A stretch of 64,000 nucleotides of DNA from Thermoplasmata archaeon (GTDB taxonomy: Archaea > Thermoplasmatota > Thermoplasmata > UBA10834). Position numbers and translations under genes: made by a program. Location of the stretch: positions 12,840-76,839 of the forward strand of contig JAWCKF010000002.1 of assembly GCA_038852315.1 (NCBI GenBank). The letters run 5' to 3'. Of this stretch, positions 56,467 to 64,000 are shown piece by piece (positions within the stretch are counted from its first letter, which is position 1; each line of letters opens with the position of its first letter). The notes beneath the pieces are model-generated. The model was not told where the DNA came from. It searched no databases and worked only from the letters and a program-made list of their open reading frames with translations.

Positions 56467-56726
56467 CCTTGGCCACCTCCCATGATCTCGCGCCTCGTGA
56501 GCATGATGCCGAATAGGATGACGACGACGACCGCGCCGACGTACACGAGTATCTGTACTATCGCCACGAACTCCGCGCTCAGCATGATGTACAGCGCGGC
56601 GACAGATATGAAGCAGGTCGCCAGGGCGACCACGCTCCTGACTATCTCCTTGGAGTGTATCACGAACAGCGCGGAGACGAGCGCTGACGCCGCGAGGAAC
56701 AGGAACACGAACATCTCCCAGGTCAT
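56463..56726 (-). CDS. nuoJ1: Complex I subunit J, N-terminal half (separate ORF)
   Basis: MTWEMFVFLFLAASALVSALFVIHSKEIVRSVVALATCFISVAALYIMLSAEFVAIVQILVYVGAVVVVILFGIMLT. The ATG overlaps the nuoI stop (ATGA). Confidence 0.7.
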   Translation of the reverse strand: MTWEMFVFLFLAASALVSALFVIHSKEIVRSVVALATCFISVAALYIMLSAEFVAIVQILVYVGAVVVVILFGIMLTRREIMGGGQG

Positions 56727-57634
56727 TTCCTCGCCCCCGGCATTCGTATGGCGTCGAACCTGCATGCCCTGAAGCATCTGCCGCACCCGACGCACTTCTC
56801 GAGCACGAACACCGCCCGCTTCTTCGGCTTCGACTTCTTCCCGTCCTTGAGCACCTTCTCGGTGCCGGGCATCTCCAGCAGGTATATCGCATCAGCGGGA
56901 CAGGCCCTCGCGCAAGCCCCGCAGCCCGTGCACTTCTTCAGCTCGAACTCAGGCTCCGGCATCTCGTAGTAGGAGTCGTAGACCCACCTCATCTCGAGGG
57001 CTGACTCGGGGCATACCTTCGCGCACCTCTCGCACGATGTGCACTTCGATAGATTGAACTCTGGCCTTTTCCTGCCGGTCCCCTCGACGGGCATCATCGC
57101 TATCACCATCTCAGGGCACTCCCCAGCGCACTTCTCGCACGATGTGCACTTCGACATGTCGAGGAGCGGCAACAGCCTCTTCGGACGCTCTTCCACTATC
57201 TTGTCGGCGTAGGTGTCGTCCCTGAGATCCCTAGGGCCGTACCTGAGCTTCGCTCTCTCGTGGTCGGCGAGTTCGAACTCCGGACCCTCGTGCAGCGCGG
57301 CCGTCGGGCATATCTCAACACACAAACCGCAGAACAGGCACCTTCCGAAGTCTATGCCAGGGCGCTCGATTTTTCCCAGCTCGGCATCCTCCAGCTTCTC
57401 CATCCACATGCAGTCGTTGGGACAGAACTGGACGCAATTCCCGCAGCCTATGCACCTCTTGAAGTCCAGGACGTGCTTCCCCCTGTACACCGGCGGCAGA
57501 TCGAGCTTGTGATATGGGTAGAGAACCGTGTTCGGCTTGCCTGTTATGAGCGAAGTCTTCACCTGCGTGATCGTCCTCTTCATCGGCCTGAGGACGAACC
57601 CTACAGGCCTCGGTCTGGTCTTGGCCTCAGACAT
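56723..57634 (-). CDS. nuoI: Complex I subunit I fused to two extra 2x[4Fe-4S] ferredoxin-like modules (303 aa)
   Basis: There are six Cys clusters: CIGCGNCVQFCP, CLFCGLCVEICP (the canonical NuoI pair), then CTSCEKCAGECP, CTSCERCAKVCP, CTGCGACARACP and CVGCGRCFRAC. Confidence 0.85.
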   Translation of the reverse strand: MSEAKTRPRPVGFVLRPMKRTITQVKTSLITGKPNTVLYPYHKLDLPPVYRGKHVLDFKRCIGCGNCVQFCPNDCMWMEKLEDAELGKIERPGIDFGRCLFCGLCVEICPTAALHEGPEFELADHERAKLRYGPRDLRDDTYADKIVEERPKRLLPLLDMSKCTSCEKCAGECPEMVIAMMPVEGTGRKRPEFNLSKCTSCERCAKVCPESALEMRWVYDSYYEMPEPEFELKKCTGCGACARACPADAIYLLEMPGTEKVLKDGKKSKPKKRAVFVLEKCVGCGRCFRACRFDAIRMPGARK

Positions 57635-57635
57635 G

Positions 57636-58763
57636 TCAGAACCACCCCACGGTCTTCATGGCCACCGCGATCAGAAGGTTGAGGACTGCAAGCGGTAGCA
57701 GGCGCTTCCAGCCGATGTTCAATATCTGATCCACCCTCACCCTGGGCAGGGACCATCTGATCCACACAATGACAACAAAGACGACGTATGCCTTTATCAG
57801 GAACCATATCTCCTCAGGAATCGGCCCGGGCCCGTGCCAGCCTCCGAGGAACAGCGCCGTCACCAGCGCGCCGCCTATGTAGCTCCTGAGGTAGCCCGTC
57901 ATCATGAACAGGCCGAACCGCATCCCGCACATCTCCGTCGTCCAGCCCTCGACGAGCTCCGCCTCCGCCTCGGGCAGGTCGAAAGGCTGCACCTCTACCT
58001 CCGCGATGAGGCATGTCACGAACACGATGAGGCCGAGCGCGAGAGGTATCGCGAACCAGACGTCCTCCTGGGCGCCGACGACGCCCTCGAAACCGAAACT
58101 GCCGGACAACAGGAACACGCTCGCCACGCAGAGGAGCATGGGTATCTCGTAGCTCATCATCTGAGCGGCCGAGCGCATCCCGCCGATGAGCGTGTATTTG
58201 TTGTTGGACGACCACCCAGTGAGGAGTATGGAGAAGGGTGCGATGGCGAAGAACGCGAAGGCTATGAGCACGCCCGCAGGAACGCCGTCGCCCGAGTCGT
58301 TCGTTGCCACGCCGAAGTCTGGACTCAGTGGGATGGTGGAGAGTGCCAGGAATGATGAGGAGACGAATATCGTTGGTCCGAGCAGGAAGACCAGCGAGTC
58401 GGCCTTCCTTGGGACGATGATCTCCTTGACGAAGAGTTTGATGCCGTCCGCGATGTTCTGCAGCCAGCCGCCTATCCGATATCCCACGTAGTACGGCCCA
58501 TAGAAGTCAAACATCCTTCCCATGAACTTCCGGTCTATCCAGATGAAGTTCAGCACGTTGATGACTGCGACTATGAGGACTATGAGCACCTCCAGCAGGA
58601 TGGCGAAGAACACTATGTTGCCGTGGGACGCAGCGAAGTCCCCGACGGCGGTGAAGAAATCCCCGAAGTACCATGGGAGCACGTCCCCCAGCCAGTACCA
58701 CAGGTTGTTCACGAGGTCGACGAGCCAGTGGATGATGCCGTACGAGAACTGGAATAGGTTCAT
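57636..58763 (-). CDS. nuoH: Complex I subunit H
   Basis: 375 aa. NuoH motifs are present (DRKFMGRMFDFYGPYYVG, GWSSNNKYTLIGGMRSAAQMMSYE). It has an aromatic-rich N-terminal extension of about 45 aa. Confidence 0.85.
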   Translation of the reverse strand: MNLFQFSYGIIHWLVDLVNNLWYWLGDVLPWYFGDFFTAVGDFAASHGNIVFFAILLEVLIVLIVAVINVLNFIWIDRKFMGRMFDFYGPYYVGYRIGGWLQNIADGIKLFVKEIIVPRKADSLVFLLGPTIFVSSSFLALSTIPLSPDFGVATNDSGDGVPAGVLIAFAFFAIAPFSILLTGWSSNNKYTLIGGMRSAAQMMSYEIPMLLCVASVFLLSGSFGFEGVVGAQEDVWFAIPLALGLIVFVTCLIAEVEVQPFDLPEAEAELVEGWTTEMCGMRFGLFMMTGYLRSYIGGALVTALFLGGWHGPGPIPEEIWFLIKAYVVFVVIVWIRWSLPRVRVDQILNIGWKRLLPLAVLNLLIAVAMKTVGWF

Positions 58764-58767
58764 CCGC

Positions 58768-59850
58768 TCACCTGTCCGTCTCCCCTATGCACATGTCGAG
58801 GCTGCCCATTATAGCCACGACATCGGCCACCTTGTAGCCTATGAGCATCTTCGGCGCTGCAGACAGTGTCACGAATATCGGGCTGCGGATCTTCAGCCTG
58901 TAGGGCCTGTCGCTGCCGTCGCCGACGACATACATCATCCCTTCGCCCCTCGGGTCCTCCACCCTGCCTATGCCTGTGCCCTCGGGGGCGTTCCTCGGTG
59001 CCGTGATGCGCCACTTCCCCTTTGGCATCTTCTGGATAGTCTGCCGGATGATCTTGCAGCTCTCGTACATCTCATCCATCCTGACCCTGTACCTCGCATA
59101 GCAATCGCAGTCAGGATGAGTCTTAGGCTCGAAATCGAGCTCGGGGTAGACTGAGTAGGGCATGTCTTTCCTGAGGTCGTACTTGACGCCGCTGCCCCTG
59201 AGGGGCGGGCCTGTGACCCCGAGGTTCATGGCATCCTCCTTCCTCAGTATCCCCACCCCCTCGTTCCTCAACATGAAGACCTTCGACCCATCGTACATGT
59301 CCTCGTACTCCCTGAGCCGCTTCTCCATGTACGAGCACGCCCGGAGGGCGTCCCGGTCGAAGTTGGGGGGCATGTCATGTGCGACGCCCCCTATCCTTGG
59401 ATAGTTGTACGTGAGCCTGGAGCCCGTGAGCGCCTGCAGGAGGTCTATGAACACCTCCCTGTCTCGCATGGCGTACAGGAATCCCGTCATGAGCCCTAGG
59501 TCGGCGGCGTATGCCGCCAGCCACATCAGGTGCGAGGCGATTCTCTGCATCTCGATCGCCATCACACGCAGGTACTCCGCCCGCTCCGGCACCTCTATTC
59601 CCATCAAGTTCTCGACTGTCAGGCAGTACAAGTGACTCCATGTCATGGAAGAACCGTAGCATAGCCTGTCGGCGAGCGGGATTATCTGCGGATAGGTCTT
59701 GCCCTCCGCCAGCTTCTCTATGCCCCTGTGGAGGTACCCGACCTCGGGCTGGGCGTCGACTATGGTTTCGCCGTCCACCTTTACCCTCAGGTCCCACAGC
59801 CCGTGGGTCATGGGGTGCTGCGGACCCATGTTTATCCACATCTCAACCAT
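58768..59850 (-). CDS. nuoD: Complex I subunit D
   Basis: NMGPQHPMTHGLWDLRV...GYLHRGIEKLAE. It lacks the [NiFe] Cys pairs, so it is not a hydrogenase large subunit. Confidence 0.9.
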   Translation of the reverse strand: MVEMWINMGPQHPMTHGLWDLRVKVDGETIVDAQPEVGYLHRGIEKLAEGKTYPQIIPLADRLCYGSSMTWSHLYCLTVENLMGIEVPERAEYLRVMAIEMQRIASHLMWLAAYAADLGLMTGFLYAMRDREVFIDLLQALTGSRLTYNYPRIGGVAHDMPPNFDRDALRACSYMEKRLREYEDMYDGSKVFMLRNEGVGILRKEDAMNLGVTGPPLRGSGVKYDLRKDMPYSVYPELDFEPKTHPDCDCYARYRVRMDEMYESCKIIRQTIQKMPKGKWRITAPRNAPEGTGIGRVEDPRGEGMMYVVGDGSDRPYRLKIRSPIFVTLSAAPKMLIGYKVADVVAIMGSLDMCIGETDR

Positions 59851-59856
59851 GCGCGG

Positions 59857-60360
59857 TCACCCCCTGAAGTCCTTCCTGAGCGGATGATACAGGAAATCCC
59901 TGGGCAGGAGTATCCGCTCCAGATTCGGATGGTTGTTGAACCTGATGCCCATCAGGTCGTAGCTCTCCCTCTCCTGCCAGTTCGCCCCTCCCCAGATAGA
60001 GGTAACTGAATCCACGCTGGGGTCATCCTTGGGCGTGGTTGTGATGACCTCGAGCAGCAGCCTGTGCTGGTAAGATGCTATGTGGTAGACGATCTCGAAC
60101 CTGTTGTCGTACTCGACCGCGGATATCATCGACAGGTGTTCGAACCCGAGGCTGTCCCTGAGGTACCTGCACGCGCGAAACAAATCCCGGCGATCTATCC
60201 TGAACCTTATGACGCCCCTTCCGAGCTTCTCGAACTCGGAGACGGCGTTCGGGAAGGCCTCGAGCATCGACCGCACAACCCTTTCCTCGGACTCGCCTCC
60301 GACTACGGTCGGAGCACGCTCGAGCCCCTGCTCCTTCTCACCCTTCCCCCGCTCCCGCAT
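59857..60360 (-). CDS. nuoC: Complex I subunit C
   Basis: 167 aa. ANWQERESYDLMGIRFNNHPNL. Confidence 0.85.
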   Translation of the reverse strand: MRERGKGEKEQGLERAPTVVGGESEERVVRSMLEAFPNAVSEFEKLGRGVIRFRIDRRDLFRACRYLRDSLGFEHLSMISAVEYDNRFEIVYHIASYQHRLLLEVITTTPKDDPSVDSVTSIWGGANWQERESYDLMGIRFNNHPNLERILLPRDFLYHPLRKDFRG

Positions 60361-60382
60361 GCCCTGTACCCCTCGTATGCTA

Positions 60383-60958
60383 TCACTTGCCCGTCAGGAG
60401 ACCCTTCTTGTTCTCCTTGATCAGCCTCTGCAACTTCAGGAAGCCGTCTATGAGGGCTTCCGGCCGTGCCGGACAGCCAGGCACATAGACGTCGACAGGT
60501 ATGAACTGGTCCACGCCGGGGACGATGCTGTAGCTGTTGTAGAAAGGCCCGCCGGATATGGCGCATTCGCCCATCGCCACGACCCACTTAGGTTCGGGCA
60601 TTTGGTCGTAGAGCCGCCTCAGGTCAGGCTTGAGCTTCTTGCTGACAGGGCCGTTCACGAGCAGGACGTCGCACTGCCTCGGAGTGGACCGGTATATTAT
60701 GCCGAACCGCTGAGCATCGAACCGGGGAGCGGATGCGACGGCCATCTCGAGTGCGCAGCACATTATGCCGAAGTGGAGGGGATAGATCGAGTTCCTGGTG
60801 GCCCAGTTGAAGAAATCCTTGGTGACTGCGTCGATGGCTGAGCCGACGGGCGAGCGTCTCAGCACGCCCTCTAGGACGTTGTCGCACCATTTCAGGAAGT
60901 CTTTAGACCTGAAGACTATGACTTGACCCAGGCCCGAGGGGGCGGTCCCGCGCTTCAT
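60383..60958 (-). CDS. nuoB: Complex I subunit B (N2 cluster)
   Basis: FGIMCCALEM...MGECAISGGPF...YVPGCPARPEAL. Confidence 0.9.
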   Translation of the reverse strand: MKRGTAPSGLGQVIVFRSKDFLKWCDNVLEGVLRRSPVGSAIDAVTKDFFNWATRNSIYPLHFGIMCCALEMAVASAPRFDAQRFGIIYRSTPRQCDVLLVNGPVSKKLKPDLRRLYDQMPEPKWVVAMGECAISGGPFYNSYSIVPGVDQFIPVDVYVPGCPARPEALIDGFLKLQRLIKENKKGLLTGK

Positions 60959-61314
60959 ATCCAGGTTATCTCCTCCTTCTTGAGCGCGTAGGCGACACCC
61001 GCGAGAAGGACGCCCAGGAACATCAGTACGAACACCTTAGCGAGCTGGCTGATGTCATCGAACGCCAAGGCCCACATCAGCACGAAGACCGTGACCAGGT
61101 CGAACGCGACGAAAATGATGGCGTACATGTAGTATTGGAAGTGGAACTGTATCTGCGCTTCGCCTATGGGGAGTTCTCCGCACTCGTATGTGACCTCGCC
61201 CCTCGGATCGTGCTTGTCGGTCCGGAAGTACCTCGAGAGAAGGAACACGAGCGGGGGTATCAGTAGGGCGATGATAGCGAACACCGCTACGCCCATGTAC
61301 TCCTCGCTCAGCAT
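60955..61314 (-). CDS. nuoA: Complex I subunit A
   Basis: The start is at MLSEEYMGVAVFAIIALLIPP (ATG 61314). YECGE and FDLVTVFV motifs are present. Track ORF 60955..61503 is over-extended. Confidence 0.85.
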   Translation of the reverse strand: MLSEEYMGVAVFAIIALLIPPLVFLLSRYFRTDKHDPRGEVTYECGELPIGEAQIQFHFQYYMYAIIFVAFDLVTVFVLMWALAFDDISQLAKVFVLMFLGVLLAGVAYALKKEEITWI

Positions 61315-61335
61315 TGCTTGGGGATTATTGACTCC

Positions 61336-61343
61336 GTATAAAT
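61336..61343 (-). promoter_or_regulatory. BRE/TATA promoter of the nuo operon
   Basis: The minus strand reads AAAAACG-ATTTATAC, and the box centre lies about 26 nt upstream of nuoA ATG 61314, implying a leaderless transcript. Confidence 0.5.
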
Positions 61344-61465
61344 CGTTTTTCTGGCTGCCTGACAGGGCGTAACGACCGTGCATGGGCAGGCGCTGGAAGA
61401 GGCAAGACCCGTCCTGCACGTCCCAGCCGTCACTTTCCACAGGAAACGGAGGTCTGCGCAGGGGG

Positions 61466-62098
61466 CTATCTAACCCGAACGCCGCACCTAGGACAGAACA
61501 CATGCTGAGAGTCTATCGGGCCTCCGCACCTCGGACACATGCGAGGCACGTAAGGTGCAGGCGCCTCACCCGAGGGACGACTTTGCACCGGCCCCACGGA
61601 GGCCGGCCCCAATGAGCGCTCCCGCCCGCCTCTCAGGAGAAGGACGACAACAACGACGACGGCTACGACTACGAGTATCGCCCCTATGATCAGCGCTAGC
61701 AGGACGGCGTCCAACGCCTCCTCAGGACCAACGCCGATCTCCCACAGCTCAAGGGCGTAGACGAGCGTCACGGTGAACGATTCCAGGTTGGTCCAAGTGA
61801 ACGTGTATGTGCCTTCCTCTGAAACCCATATTGCCCCCACGTCGGAGGAATCCGTGATGTTCTTGACGACGGCCCCGTTGGGGTCTGTGACCACGAATCT
61901 GATGTTGCCTGTGAAAGTACCTCCTGTAATCTGTCCGTGCCAGGTATAGTTGATGAAGTCACCCAGGCTTCCCGTCATCATCTTGGAGAAGCTCTCGCCC
62001 TGTGAGAGCGAAGTTGTCTCGGCAGCAACATCGCCGCTGAGGGTAACCGCGAGCACGACAGAAAGTGCCAGAACCGACCCACCGATCCGACCCCACAT
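61466..62098 (-). CDS. Single-pass membrane protein: signal peptide, ~130-aa extracytoplasmic beta-rich domain, TM segment, and cytoplasmic zinc ribbon
   Basis: The start is at MWGRIGGSVLALSVVLAV (ATG 62098). The TM is LLALIIGAILVVVAVVVVVVLLL and the C-terminus is CPRCGGPIDSQHVFCPRCG. Confidence 0.6.
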   Translation of the reverse strand: MWGRIGGSVLALSVVLAVTLSGDVAAETTSLSQGESFSKMMTGSLGDFINYTWHGQITGGTFTGNIRFVVTDPNGAVVKNITDSSDVGAIWVSEEGTYTFTWTNLESFTVTLVYALELWEIGVGPEEALDAVLLALIIGAILVVVAVVVVVVLLLRGGRERSLGPASVGPVQSRPSGEAPAPYVPRMCPRCGGPIDSQHVFCPRCGVRVR

Positions 62099-62216
62099 GC
62101 AGAATCCCGGACATCTAACCAATTCATCGCGATATAATCGTTGTGCATCGCTGTACGGCGTCCTTATTCGGCATCGCGCTGCGAACGCCCTTCCGCTCAC
62201 GTTTTCCTGGGATATG

Positions 62217-62226
62217 TTCTAATAAG
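62217..62226 (+). promoter_or_regulatory. TATA-like box (TTCTAATAAG) for the 62250 radical SAM gene
   Basis: It is centred about 28 nt upstream of ATG 62250. Confidence 0.4.
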
Positions 62227-62249
62227 GCCGGGCCACTAGTCCCCGGTCG

Positions 62250-63956
62250 ATGGCCAGGCCAGACCTCGTGCTTCTGCATCCGCCCAGCGTGATGGATTTC
62301 AGGAAGAGGACGCAGCTGCTGGGACCTGTGAGCGACCTCATACCCTCCACCCCCGTGTTCGAGATGTATCCGATAGGTTTCACGACGATAGCCTCGCATC
62401 TAGAGGCCTCAGGGTACGAGGTCAGAATCGTCAACGTTGCCACGCGCATGCTAGCGTCGCCGAGGTTCGACCCCGAGCGGTTCGTGAAATCGCTTGATGC
62501 CTCGGCGTTCGGCATCGACCTCCACTGGATGCCGCATGTCCAGGGGGCACTAGAGCTGGCGAGGATGGTCAAGAGGCACCACCCGTCGACGCCGCTCATC
62601 ATGGGCGGGTTCAGCGCGTCCTACTATCATCTCGACCTCATCAAGAGTCATCCGGAGGTTGACTTCGTGGTGCGGGGTGATTCGACCGAGGTGCCCATCG
62701 AGCGGCTCATGGAGGCTGTGAGCTCAGGAAAGGGGTTCGAAGCCGTCCCGAACCTCACCTGGAGGGACGGCGGCAGAACGAGGGCGAACTCTCTGAGCCA
62801 CGTGCCCGCAGACCTCGACTCTATCGAGATAGACTACGGCCTCATGGTCAGGAAGGTGCTCAGGTACAGGGACCTGGAGGGTCACCTGCCTTACAAGAAC
62901 TGGAAGTCGAACCCGATGTCGATAGCCGTTTCGGTCAGAGGATGCACCCACAACTGCGTCAACTGCGCTGGATCGTGCGACTCCTTCTCAAGGAACTTCG
63001 GGAGACAGAGGCCCGCGTACAGATCTCCAGGACTTTTGGCCGAGGACGTCGCACGTGCTGAGGAGTACCTCAAGGGCGCCACATTCGTGGTGGGCGACGT
63101 TCGTCAGGCTGGGAGAAAGTACGCCGATGAGTTCATGACCGAGCTGAAACGCCAGAAGGTGAGGAACGAAGTGGTGATAGAGCTGTTCACACCGGCGGAC
63201 GTGGAATTCGCAAAGAGGTTCGCGTCGTCCGTCGAGCGGTTCAGCGTCCAGATTTCCCCCGAAACGCACGACGAGCGCGTCAGGGCGGCACAGGGTAAGT
63301 ACTATTCGAACGATGCGCTGGAGAGAACCGCCATGCATTTCCTTGATGCGGGCTGCGGGAGGTTCGACATGTTCTACATGATAGGCCTCCCGACGCAGAC
63401 GCGCGAATCGGTCGATGCCACGGTGGCGTACGCCGAGAGGCTGTTCGGGAAATTCAAGGGCAAGCGCCTCTTCCCGTTCATCAGTCCACTAGCGCCCTTC
63501 CTGGACCCTGGTGGAAACGCCTTCGAGCACCCTGAGGCACACGGTTTCAGGTTGTTTGCACGCACGCTGGGCGAGCACGTGGCGCTCGCCACGATGCCCA
63601 GCTGGAAGCACGTCCTGAACTACGAGACCAAGTGGATGTCCAGAGGCGACATCGTGGAGAGCAGCTACTCCGCAGGCCTGGGACTCAACGACATAAAGAG
63701 GAGGATGGGGCTGGTGGAGGAGGAAGTCGCCGACAGGACGGAGAGGAGGATACTCGCCGCCAGGGAGCTCGCGCAGAGGATAGACGAGATCGTCGAGCAC
63801 GGGAAGGCAAGCGAAGACGACATGGAGGCCCTCAAGGACCTGGCCGCGAGCCTGAGCGAATCGACGGTGTGCGAGAAGGAGGAGCTCGACTGGTCGGAGA
63901 GCTCGATATATGCCAGCATACCCAGGATTGTCGGTGCCCTGCTCAGGCGGAGATGA
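62250..63956 (+). CDS. Class B (B12-binding domain) radical SAM protein
   Basis: The N-terminal B12-binding-type Rossmann domain reads LVLLHPPS...IGFTTIASHLEASGYEVRIVN...MGGFSASYY. The CX3CX2C motif lies in VRGCTHNCVNCAG. 568 aa. Confidence 0.8.
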   Translation: MARPDLVLLHPPSVMDFRKRTQLLGPVSDLIPSTPVFEMYPIGFTTIASHLEASGYEVRIVNVATRMLASPRFDPERFVKSLDASAFGIDLHWMPHVQGALELARMVKRHHPSTPLIMGGFSASYYHLDLIKSHPEVDFVVRGDSTEVPIERLMEAVSSGKGFEAVPNLTWRDGGRTRANSLSHVPADLDSIEIDYGLMVRKVLRYRDLEGHLPYKNWKSNPMSIAVSVRGCTHNCVNCAGSCDSFSRNFGRQRPAYRSPGLLAEDVARAEEYLKGATFVVGDVRQAGRKYADEFMTELKRQKVRNEVVIELFTPADVEFAKRFASSVERFSVQISPETHDERVRAAQGKYYSNDALERTAMHFLDAGCGRFDMFYMIGLPTQTRESVDATVAYAERLFGKFKGKRLFPFISPLAPFLDPGGNAFEHPEAHGFRLFARTLGEHVALATMPSWKHVLNYETKWMSRGDIVESSYSAGLGLNDIKRRMGLVEEEVADRTERRILAARELAQRIDEIVEHGKASEDDMEALKDLAASLSESTVCEKEELDWSESSIYASIPRIVGALLRRR

Positions 63957-64000
63957 CGGGTGCCGTGATGGTTTATCTACGCCCACCGTGATGACATCCC

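Noticed and set aside
56221-56892. Treating nuoJ as a frameshifted pseudogene.
   Set aside because: Both halves have their own ATG in ATGA overlaps with their neighbours, and both are intact. A split gene is the simpler reading.
58768-59850. The possibility that the nuo-like operon encodes an energy-converting [NiFe] hydrogenase (Mbh/Ech-type) rather than complex I.
   Set aside because: The NuoD homologue lacks the N-terminal RxCGxC and C-terminal DPCxxC Ni-Fe ligand pairs. A full L/M/N antiporter set and NuoA/J/K are present.
1-64000. A search for CRISPR arrays, rRNA genes, IS elements or transposases, restriction-modification or other recognisable defence systems, and origin (ORB/cdc6) features.
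   Set aside because: I saw no regularly spaced direct repeats, no rRNA-like conserved stretches, and no transposase, integrase, Cas or Orc1/Cdc6 signatures in any listed ORF. This was an eye scan only, so short or degenerate elements could have been missed.

Overview
This is a high-GC (about 60% by eye), gene-dense archaeal chromosomal segment. I call about 63 protein-coding genes and one tRNA. I found no rRNA, CRISPR array, transposase or integrase.

Archaeal hallmarks are CDP-archaeol synthase, aIF5A, Nop5, Csl4, an Sm-like protein, Nob1, XPD, SMC-ScpA-ScpB, and TATA boxes centred 26-28 nt upstream of many start codons, which implies many leaderless mRNAs. The lineage is probably an uncultured, non-halophilic euryarchaeote, possibly Thermoplasmatota-like, but I hold that with low confidence.

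Main blocks, left to right:
- ppsA, truncated at the left edge and missing from the supplied ORF track.
- A glycosyltransferase, an M20 peptidase, a radical SAM protein, a DMT transporter and a GAF-PAS histidine kinase.
- XPD, carS, pyrE, UDG and a C11-like surface protease.
- A surface-glycan island at 16.9-25.4 kb with a WbpA/B/E/D-like acetamido-sugar set plus galU and GT2/GT4 transferases.
- smc-scpA-scpB, Sm, an NDP-sugar pyrophosphorylase, pit/DUF47, glmM, the speB-aIF5A pair, nop5, PHP and mtnA.
- tRNA-Val followed by a low-GC islet.
- A coiled-coil protein divergent from a Rab/Ras-like GTPase.
- A METTL5-like methylase, csl4 and glyA.
- An E1-like ThiF, a THUMP-less ThiI and nob1.
- A same-strand respiratory block: a 12-gene nuoABCDHIJ1J2KLMN operon without nuoEFG, followed by a polyprenyl synthase, UbiE/MenG and a GGR-family reductase.
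- A B12-binding radical SAM gene at the right end.

The items I consider most worth follow-up:
- A NuoI carrying six [4Fe-4S] motifs in an operon that lacks the NADH module.
- The GTPase/coiled-coil pair.
- The E1/ThiI-core module.
- A 418-bp promoter-bearing gap with no annotated gene.
- A decayed tRNA-3'-end repeat flanking the low-GC ORF.

All calls come from reading the sequence and the ORF translations. No searches or computations were run.
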